Origin: Azolla caroliniana
Lineage: Eukaryota > Plantae > Polypodiophyta
Assembly: GCA_043228905.1 (NCBI GenBank)
Contig: JBHGNT010000021.1
Coordinates: 11,346,001 to 11,410,000 of the forward strand
Length of the DNA stretch: 64,000 nt
Direction of reading: 5' to 3'
This document shows, piece after piece, positions 22,247 through 31,256 of the stretch. Numbering within the stretch: the first letter of the stretch is position 1; each line of letters starts with the position of its first letter. The translations under genes and the position numbers were made by a program. The notes below the pieces were generated by a model. It made no database searches. It saw nothing but the letters and a program-made list of their open reading frames with translations, and was not told where the DNA came from.

Positions 22247-24005
22247 ATGTCGTCTGAAGAGGAGACACTGGTCGGTTGTAAGCGCCCTCGTACAAGGTCA
22301 GTTACGAAGGCAGTGCAGGAAGCGTTCATTGCGCAAGAACAACCGGAATCAAGCACAAAGTGGTCGAAACTTCCTGACTTATCCGATCAATTACCTTCAG
22401 ACGAAAAACAGACGGAAGAGGTATCGTTTTACGACATTTGGGACGATATGCCTTATACTTATTCTAAGTTCCGGGAAGGAACAGATGCGGAAGCACATGT
22501 TAGGGATTTCTTAACGACATGGGAGATTAACCATGGAGCTCAGCGATTGTCGGCAGATGCCGAAGATAAGTCAAAAATCCCTGAGTTCGTCTTATCATTA
22601 GACGGATATTCCGCCAATTGGTTTGCGCAGAACGGTCTTCAAGGATTTCCATCCTTTGAAGTGTTAACTAGTAAATTTTTACAATTATTTCATCGACAAA
22701 TTCCGCAGAAGGATTTGATTGCGCAATTTTATGCATTATATCAAGAAAAAAATGAAACAGTATCTCAGTTTGTGATACGATTTCAAAACTTACAGCTTCA
22801 GATTTCAAGGCCGATTCCGGATAATGAATTAAAAGAAGTCTTTCTAGAAGCTGTAAAAGAACCATTAAGGACAACATTGAAAGTGTTCGATTTTCGAAAT
22901 CAGACTATCGAACAAGTAATTGATAAAGCAATAGAAATGGGTCGACCGCCGGTCAATGTTTAGAGTATGGACATGTCGGCATTACAATGTACATTACCAA
23001 CAATGGAGGAGTTACAATTTCGTCAAGCAGTTCAATGCACCACTTGTTTAAATACGGGGCATTCGGCAATTGAATGTACGTTAAGAACACATTGTACAAT
23101 ATGTCATTCAAAATTACATTCAGTAGAACAATGTGAATATAATCTGCTTAATAAAACTACGACGTCAGTACGACAAATTTTTATTGAAAATGGTTACCAA
23201 AATAACACTAATCTGTTCAATGGTTATCAAAATAATAAATTTTCACAAAATCAGCAAAATGTACAACAAAATCCAACTTTTCAACAAAATCCGGTTCTAC
23301 AGCCAAATCAGATATTTTCACAACAAAATATGCAACCCACTCAAGTGACTCAAGCATTCCAACCAGGTTTTGCTCAATCCAACCCACCATTCGTACAGAA
23401 TCCGAATCAATATTTTCAACAAAATAATCAAAGTTTCCAACAAGGTAACCCACCATTTCAAGGGTTTCAACAGAACTGTCCGAATGTGCAACCGAATTCT
23501 GCATTTCAACCGAATTCTGCATTTCAACCGAATCCGGCATTTCAACCGGGTAATATGACCTTTCAACATAATACTCAAGCCTTTCCACAAAATAATCAAA
23601 TGTTTCAACAGAATAATTTTCCGCCAAATCAGGAGTTCGGGATAACACAAAATGTAGCACAACCAAATGATAATACCGAACAATTTAGGCAGAATCGGTA
23701 TAAAAATAAGAAATTTTACAAACCAAAAGCTACACGTCAATTCCAACAAAACCCGAGTGGTAATGAAGAGCAACAATTTAATAACGGCCAATTTGCACAT
23801 GGAGAGACCGGTGGAACATTTGTACCCACTTGTTATATTTGTCGACAACTAGGCCATTATGCTAATCAATGTCCGGCTAAAGGAAAGGGTCCAGCAGTTA
23901 ATATGGTAATACCGGAAGTTCAGCAAGTAACGACACGCAACAAAAGCAAACAATCAGAATGGGAAATTCAGGAAGCAGTTCGGAAGGCGGCAAAAGAATG
24001 GGTTG
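22247..24005 (+). pseudogene. gag: gag with internal TAG, tandem CCHC knuckles and Q/N-rich region
   Basis: In-frame ORFs 22247-22963 and 22967-; YQEKNETVSQFVIRF, CTTCLNTGH..EC, CTICHSKLH..QC, CYICRQLGHYANQC. Confidence 0.85.
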
Positions 24006-25295
24006 AATCCGAATTATGCTATCAAAGTAAAAGAAGAAATCGATAAACTCTTAAAAGTAGGATTTATTCGCCCCGTCAAAAAATCAACATGGTTGAGTCC
24101 GATAGTAGTAGTTCCGAAAAAGAATGGGAAAATTCGCGTATGTGTGGATTACAGAAAATTGAATGCAGCGACAATTACGGATGCGTTTCCGTTACCATTC
24201 ACAGATGGGATATTAGATGCAGTAGCTGGACATGAAATTTATAGTTTCTTGGATGGGTTCAGTGGGTACAACCAAGTACGGATGAATCCAGAAGATAAGG
24301 AAAAGACAGCTTTTGTCACAGAATGGGGTGTCTTTGTGGCAGTAGTAATGATGATCGGTTTAAAAACAGCTCCAGCTACATTTCAACGGGTAATACAGGA
24401 AATATTTGGGGAATATATTCCAGCTTTCATGCAGGTGTTTTTAGATGATTTTGCGGTATATAGTCGGAAAGCTGATCATTTTGAGCATTTACGGCTATGT
24501 TTAGAAAAATGTCGAAAAGGGCGTCTTAGCTTAAATCCAGCCAAATGCGCATTCGGAGTAATGAGTGGTACGTTACTTGGGCATATTGTCAGTCAAGAAG
24601 GGATTGCAGTGGACCCAGACAAAGTTAAAGCAATTATTGAGGCAACACCACCGACAAATGCTAAAGCTCTAAGTAGATTTTTGGGTCAAATTCGGTGGCA
24701 CAGTAGAATGATTAGATATCTAGCAGACATTGCTATTCCGTTACACACAACAGTACACAGAGTTCCTTTTATATGGACAAGTATAGAACAAGATGCATAC
24801 GAATGTCTCAAGAAGATGCTGACAAAGGTTCCGGTAGTCCAACCACCGGACTGGAACAAACCATTTCATGTTTTCGTCGATGCGTCGGACATTGCCATAG
24901 GCAGTGCTTTAATGCAATTATCCGAACCAAACTGGTATAGGCCGGTATACTATGCCAGTAGGAAACTTTCGTCGGCCGAAAGGAACTATTCAACAACCGA
25001 AAGAGAAGCTTTGGGAATGATATATAGTGTGAACAAATTTCGACATTACCTTTTGGGTAAGAAATTTACATTTCATGTGGATCATTCGGCTCTACTGTAT
25101 CTAGTTTCCAAACAAGAATTGACAGGCAAGTTAGCCAGATGGACGTTATTGCTTCAAGAGTTTGAATTCGACATTATACATCGACCAGGAGCACAGCACG
25201 CGATTGCTGACTATCTCAGTCGGCTTGAATCTGGGGAAGAAGCGGTTGGTGTTAAAGATAATTTTCCAGACACTCAATTATTATTAACAAGATAA
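24003..25295 (+). CDS. pol: RT + RNase H segment of pol (430 aa open; protease deleted upstream)
   Basis: VCVDYRKLN, FLDGFSGYNQV, FLDDFAVY, VDASD, NYSTTERE, VDHSAL, ADYLSR. Confidence 0.95.
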   Translation: MNPNYAIKVKEEIDKLLKVGFIRPVKKSTWLSPIVVVPKKNGKIRVCVDYRKLNAATITDAFPLPFTDGILDAVAGHEIYSFLDGFSGYNQVRMNPEDKEKTAFVTEWGVFVAVVMMIGLKTAPATFQRVIQEIFGEYIPAFMQVFLDDFAVYSRKADHFEHLRLCLEKCRKGRLSLNPAKCAFGVMSGTLLGHIVSQEGIAVDPDKVKAIIEATPPTNAKALSRFLGQIRWHSRMIRYLADIAIPLHTTVHRVPFIWTSIEQDAYECLKKMLTKVPVVQPPDWNKPFHVFVDASDIAIGSALMQLSEPNWYRPVYYASRKLSSAERNYSTTEREALGMIYSVNKFRHYLLGKKFTFHVDHSALLYLVSKQELTGKLARWTLLLQEFEFDIIHRPGAQHAIADYLSRLESGEEAVGVKDNFPDTQLLLTR

Positions 25296-25309
25296 TTCAA
25301 GGCACTCAT

Positions 25310-25993
25310 TTTATTAACAAGATAATTCACGAATTAACCAATTATTATGCCGTAATTCATAAGAAAAGTACGCCTTACTATCCCCAAGCTAATGGATTGG
25401 CAGAATCGACAAATAAAACAATTCAAACAATTTTAAAGAAGATAGTGAAAGAAAATCGTACTGATTGGGATCAAAAGTTAAATAGTGCATTATGGGCATA
25501 TCGTACTTCGTACAAAACATCCATTAAATCAACACCTTTCCGAATGGCATTCGGACTTGAAGCTATTATGCCGATCGAATTTCAAATTCCGACACTTCGT
25601 ATCCAAGCGACGAATAAGTTAAATGAAATAGAATCGGAGCAGATACGCAAAGAGGCTTTATTAGTATTAGAAGAAGAACGGATTCAATCAATGTCAGCAC
25701 TAGAACACAAGCAGAGACAAATCAAGGCATTCGTAAATCGACATCGAAGGAAATCGGAAGAGCAATTCAAAATTGGGAAACCGGTATTGTTATTCCAGAC
25801 GAAAATGGGACTTATGCCTGGGAAACTCCGGTATAGATGGACAGATCCAGTATGGATAATAAATAGTAAAAATGGTACGTATCAGCTGGGATCATTAACC
25901 GGAGAGGTTTTACCGAAATGGGTAAATGGATTCCGGCTTAAACCGTATTTGGGAGATATGCCGGTAAACCCGCTTATTCAAACGGAAGAATAA
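25310..25993 (+). pseudogene. pol: C-terminal half of integrase
   Basis: STPYYPQANGLAESTNKT, LWAYRT, TPFRMAFG, VNGFRLKPY; HHCC finger and first catalytic Asp absent. Confidence 0.9.
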
Positions 25994-26399
25994 AAAAATA
26001 AAAAAAATAAAAAAATAAAACTAACTCACTCAATAGTTCTTGTCAATGCAGAAATAGAATCTTGCCATAACAGTCTGAATCGACTATAAATAGGAAGAGG
26101 AATTGCATGATTATTAGTAAGTGGTACAACCACTACACGTAGAGTTAATACTAATTAATTCATACATTAATAGCAATTACTATTCTTTAGTCATAATGCA
26201 TAAGTTAATATCTTTAAAGCATATTTCTGTATCTTCTGTGTCGCCAAAGCAACAAAAACGAGTGCAGATCTCGAAACATTCTGAGCCTTCGTGCCCTAGC
26301 TCGCCCAAACTCTGTTTTTCTGATTTTCATCGCTACAGAAGCTGTGCAGATCTTCAACCGTCATCGACAAGTGATTCAGAACAAGCAAACACAGAAGTC

Positions 26400-28868
26400 A
26401 TGCCGATTCCTGTGTCTGAAGAACTGCGACTGTGGCTTCATGAGAGAAACTTACAAGGTTTCATCAAAGTAGCAGAAGCGGAACCTCATCCGCAGGCGGA
26501 AGAATTGGTACAACAATTAGCCATCACCAAGGTCACCACAAAGAAAATACGAAATGCATTACAGATGCCAAGAGGAGGCTTTGATGCAGTTAAAAAACCT
26601 TCATCAGAAGCACTCCAATCGTATTTCGGAGAATACTCACCCTCGGCAAAAGCATATCAGACTTATGGAGGTCGGGATGAGTTTTTCCATGAAGTGGCTA
26701 GATTTTTACTAGAGGTGGGATTTGTCAGTCCCCGTTTTTATTGTATGCCGAAAAAAAGGGTCGGGTTTATCATAGCCGCATACGAAAAAGCGGATTTCAA
26801 CTGGCCACTATTGTCGGGGGAAGCTCTGAGAGAGCAGCTACAAGGGGTAAAAACAGGAAAACCAATGAAGCAAATTTTTGGTCGTTGGCTATCGGTATTG
26901 TTTCCGATTCAAGAATTGGAAATTCCTGTTCAGTGAAGAAGACCACCGATAGTACAAGCACCTCGAAGACACCGACAGGTAGCACATGAAGAATGGATAG
27001 GGGAAGAATCGGCACATGCCGATAATATACAAACGGAAATGCCTCAGTAGGAACCACCAAGACCAGAGAATTCCGAAAACAGGCAACCAGCAGCCGAACA
27101 GGAAACACTTGACCATTTGATAAACAAGCAGCAGCCGACAGAAAATCGACAACAAGCAGAGAAGATGCGACAAAGGACAAGGGTTAAACAAAAGGCTAAT
27201 CGGCAATTCCAACCAGAAAACAGTGATGAGTCAGCACCGAAAAGGCAACGCACAAAGGAAAATTCGAATACGCCTGTAGTAACAGAAGTAATAAAACCAG
27301 GGAATGAGAGCGTTTCGACACAACTTCAATAAGGACAATCTTCAAAAGTAGCAATTCGGGAAGCACATGGGTGCTTGGATATTCCACCAGCAGCACATGA
27401 ATTAGCTGCCATTTTACAGTTCGGAACTTCATACGAACTGGTTGAATGGTTGGCTAGAAGATTGACAGAAGTATCAGAACGGCTGGCTCAAGAACATCAT
27501 GACCGAATAATGATACAGAAGTCCTTACGAGGAGTGTTGGAACCTCAAGAAAAAGCAGAGATAGAGAAAATCGGTAGGAAAGGAAATACACAGAATAGAG
27601 GGGAGGCTATTGAAATGCCACCATTACATGAAGCACTGGTCGAAATTCATAGAGAATATGAAAAGGCACGCAAAGCAGCCAGTGATATGGCTGAAAGATA
27701 CAAAAGTGTATCAGCATCGGCGGAGGTGCTGAAACATCAGTTTTGTAACATACAGACAGAAAATAAAGAACTAAAAGAAAGTCTAAACAAATGGGAAACA
27801 CAGGCACGACCTATGGCGTCAGAGTCAGAATGGCAGCAGAAATTGGAGGACGCTGAGAAAGCACGTCAAGCAGAAACAACAAGGGCCAACAATGTTGTAT
27901 TTCGAACTACAGAATTAGAAAAACAAATAGAAACCATTCAGAATGGCCAATACAAAGTTCTCGAAGAAAAAAATCAATTAATAAACGAATTACAGAAAAA
28001 TCTGGAAGAAGCTAAGACGGCCAATCATACATATACCGAACAAATTGAGGAATTCGAAAGGTATATAGTGTCACAGGAAAGTCAATTGACAGAAAAAGAG
28101 CGGAGTGTTGAAGAAGTCAACAGAAGAATTACGGAACAGCAGGAGGAATGGAGCAAAGAGAAATCGGCATTCGAACAACAACTGAACGAAATCCGGAAGA
28201 TATCGGAACAAAGGCGGCTGGACATATATGTAGTTGAATCCAAACTAATGCAGGCTGAAAGTGAAAACCGAGCCACCATTACGGATTTACGGAAAGAGTT
28301 GCAAGCCGCTCAATTCGACGTAAGCATCACTAAGGACAAAGTGCAGCACATCATAGGGAAACATCGAAACCTAGCAAAGAAAATGATCGACGAATCCCTT
28401 GCGCAAGGATGGAAGTTATGGACGGCACAAGCGGCGGAATTACAGTTATTGCGTGCCGACAAAAATAACCGTCAGGTCCAAGGTGCAGGTTTTTTTAAAA
28501 TGGCACAAAAGGATATTGACAATATCCAAGAGGATATCATGAAAGATATGGACGAAATTGCGGCATTTTACAGAGAAGAAATTCAACGTATTATGCAAGA
28601 ATTCGACAAAAATGATATAGGCACTTCCGTCCAGTTGGATAAAATTGAAGCCGAAAGAACCAGCAAGACTCCTGGTCTTCAAGCTCCCAGAAGAAGTGAA
28701 CCAGAGCAGCCAACCGAATCACAACATTCAAAACCTGCTCCGAATGACGACTGTGACACAGATGAAGATGAAGATGAAGAGGAAGATATAGATGGAATAC
28801 ATCCAAGGCCAGAAGAGCCTTCGATTTTTGATATTCTGAACGATTCGGATGAAGAGATACAGGAATAG
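26400..28868 (+). pseudogene. Extra post-integrase ORF (~820 aa) of unknown function, three in-frame stops
   Basis: ORFs 26121, 27117 and 27375 share one frame; conserved N-domain, long coiled coil, acidic tail; homologs in two other families in the window. Confidence 0.8.
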
Positions 28869-28870
28869 GC

Positions 28871-28910
28871 GTGGGTTCGCTGGACAAGGTCCTGGCCCAC
28901 GGACGTGCCA
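28871..28910 (+). other. tRNA-3'-end-like motif in place of the polypurine tract (also 2753-2792 and 40605-40645, minus strand)
   Basis: GTGGGTTCGC-[hairpin]-GGCCCAC-GGACGTG-CCA, 2 nt before the 3' LTR. Confidence 0.8.
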
Positions 28911-28912
28911 AG

Positions 28913-29368
28913 TGTTACCCGGACCCGGACAGTCAGTTTTACCGAACAAGTGGGAAAGCGTCGAAAACGGAGTCGGTTCGGATCGACTGTTCGGATCGAT
29001 GACTCAGCAGAGAACGAAGAGAACTAAGTTAGTTAGATAATTTTGTAATTCTTGATAGTAAGTAGGAATAGTTCTTGATGAGAAAAGACCTTCGGTATAC
29101 CTATAAAAGGGAACCGAAGGCATTGTAAGAAAGGTCGTTTATTTAGTAATATAAGTTTAAGTTAGGAATATCATGTACGGATTCTGTGTTCTTTCTATTG
29201 TCTATTTTGTTAAGTGCAATCTTCCTAATTTATAACTAAGTAACGATCACGGTAATTACCGATTAATATAGTATATTTCTGTTCGTAAAACACAATTCCT
29301 TGTTAGAACGTTGAATAGAGACGTTCACTCTTCTGTATCGGTAGTAGTTAGTAATTAGCCGATTAACA
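28913..29368 (+). repeat. 3' LTR (456 bp)
   Basis: Direct repeat of 21732-22187. Confidence 0.95.
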
Positions 29369-29373
29369 CTCTG

Positions 29374-29633
29374 CTGTAACCGCCGCCTGTGGCGAAGAAG
29401 CGTGAGTCTGAGGTCGTTGCCTCTGTGAACTCACTGTCTTGTACATTCATACATAGTGACAGTTTGCAGCCTGTGGGCTACCGTGGTTTTTCCTCTAGTT
29501 TGGGGTTTTCCACGTAAACCTCATGTGTACCATTTCTCTTCTCTGTGTCGTGTTTTATTTCCCGTTTTCTGTGTATGAAAAGAAGCTCAGTTGTGGCCAA
29601 GCGTTGCGTATAAGGAACGTTGGGTTCCCATCA
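29374..29633 (+). repeat. Copia 3' LTR, second part
   Basis: Continues the match to ~9946-10147; followed by TSD TTAGT. Confidence 0.95.
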
Positions 29634-29731
29634 TTAGTATTGTTCTAGACTGTACTTCTTTGTCTTAGTACTGCTCTTGACAATGGGGATGTCGCATGGG
29701 GGGAGTCTTTGGTGGTAAGAGTCATTTCAGT

Positions 29732-29752
29732 GGGGGGGGGGGGGGGGGGGGG
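29732..29752 (+). repeat. Poly-G tract (21 nt)
   Basis: Directly visible. Confidence 0.9.
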
Positions 29753-30899
29753 AGACAGCACCATTGTATATTGTTGCCTAGCAATCGCAACATCAGTGTT
29801 CCAGTTCATTTCAAAATGAAGGTTGCCCATGCCCTAGATGTTGAGTCTGTTTCGCCTTGAATATCTTCATATGACCCATGAAGGCAATGAGGTGATCCCA
29901 AAGCTCCATGATTAACCTCTACTGGCAAGATGGGCTTCCCTTGGAAGATCCTGCCATTTCTAGCATGTTGTTAGACCTATAAGTATAGTCCATAATGACT
30001 TCAAGCATGTTGACTTTGTTTGTGACTAGGATGGAGAATTGGTCGTCCTAATAGTTTCTGAAAAAGTGAATATGCGGAAGCTTTGGCAAACCGGTTTAGT
30101 CGAATAACAACAATAAAACAAAAGGAAGGTTTAATGGAACCTTAAATCACAGAGTACGCGGTGTCGTGAAGATTTTCGGCAACAGTGTGAAAATTGCATG
30201 GAATGTACAAAATCGAATGTGGTTCTTCACACACAATATGAAACAATAATAGTGAAGATACTATTTTATATTAGTTTAATATCTAGGTATGAAAAGATGG
30301 ATGTCTTCAAGAGCTTTCGAATGCATTTTGTGAAACGGACAACTTAGTGTCAAGTTATGTGAGTGTGAAGTTTGAGAAGAAGAAGAGGAAAACAAAACCG
30401 TGAGATATCCCACATAGATAGGACAACATCATGATTCAAGATTATATAAGCAGAGCCATATCTTTGTATATTTCATCTATGTGTTAGGAGCACAAGAGGG
30501 TTGGGTTGTATAATTTGGACGAATGGATGCGGCCAAGTTGTTCAAATTGGATTTGAACGGATGTGGGCGACGACACTGGAACCGAACCGGACCGGACGAC
30601 GGATTGGTCAGGTCAGTCGGTTAGGTTGATCCGTGACGCATGGTGTCTTGAAGATTTTTGGTGTGAAATGAACAAAAAAATCGTCTATAGGCTCCTTCGG
30701 CTCATTGGAGGTCGACTAAAGGTGTAACATGAAGTTAAACATTTGTAAAATACAAGACTAAAGCCTAGTAATATTTTGTGCATTGAAAGGGATGCAGGCA
30801 AGGCTTAAACCTTGTACCTCCAAGAAAAGAGGAAATAAACTTATCACTAAGCCAAGTCATTTCTTTAAGTTATATTTTTATCATTATACTTCTCATACG

Positions 30900-31155
30900 T
30901 GAGAGCTTGAATGAGTGACATGGTTATCATGTAATACATGTAATGCATAAGCGCCAAATGGCAAACATGCATCACATGCATTTCATGCATTACATGCATG
31001 TCTTGCACCCTCACATGCATCATATGCATGGGGGCATTGATAAAAGAGTGGATGTTATGTATTAATCAAGAAATTAATAAAAAGAAAATTCGTTATCCCA
31101 TTTGGTGATGTATTAATCTTGTTTCTTAAATCTAAAGTCAAGGGTTCAATCTTAA

Positions 31156-31195
<40 letters not shown>

Positions 31196-31250
31196 TTAAT
31201 CTTTCTCTCGCCATATCAATCTCTCTCAATCTATCTTAAATACTTTCTCA
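30900..31250. repeat. Possible solo LTR with CATGCA cluster and (CT)n
   Basis: TGAGA...TCTCA ends flanked by ATACG/ATACA (4 of 5 match). Confidence 0.4.
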
Positions 31251-31256
31251 ATACAA

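Larger units (their letters stand above)
21732..29368 (+). mobile_element. Non-chromovirus Gypsy (Phygy/Athila-like), internally deleted, with extra 3' ORF
   Basis: 456-bp LTRs with about 3 differences; TSD CTCTG at 21727-21731 and 29369-29373; gag, RT-RNase H, partial integrase. Confidence 0.95.
9641..29633 (+). mobile_element. Ty1/Copia LTR retrotransposon (Tto1/Tnt1-like, Tork lineage) with two nested insertions
   Basis: TSD TTAGT at 9636-9640 and 29634-29638; LTRs TGTTGGG...TCA; Met PBS; PPT; gag-PR-IN-RT-RH order. Confidence 0.95.
1..29682 (+). mobile_element. Degenerate chromovirus-type Ty3/Gypsy LTR retrotransposon (Tcn1-like), host of nest 1; 5' end lies outside the window
   Basis: Gag, protease (LLDSGA) and RT (YLDD) fragments at 31-2520; integrase fragments at ~7645-9180 with a chromodomain tail (EPIKNVTNA...FHHQYPDKPGP); PPT at 9208-9220; 3' LTR TGTCA...TGACA split by a Copia insertion. 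Confidence 0.85.

Noticed and set aside
27375-28868. Host coiled-coil gene or env
   Set aside because: It lies between the LTRs, has homologs in two other elements here, and shows no clear signal peptide or transmembrane segment.
28871-28910. Genuine tRNA gene
   Set aside because: Only the T-arm and 3' acceptor strand are present; there is no D-arm, anticodon arm or A box.
29683-30899. Host gene or defined element in the spacer between nests
   Set aside because: Only faint retroelement- or LTR-like traces (e.g. ~30400-30640); no boundaries or ORF I can support.
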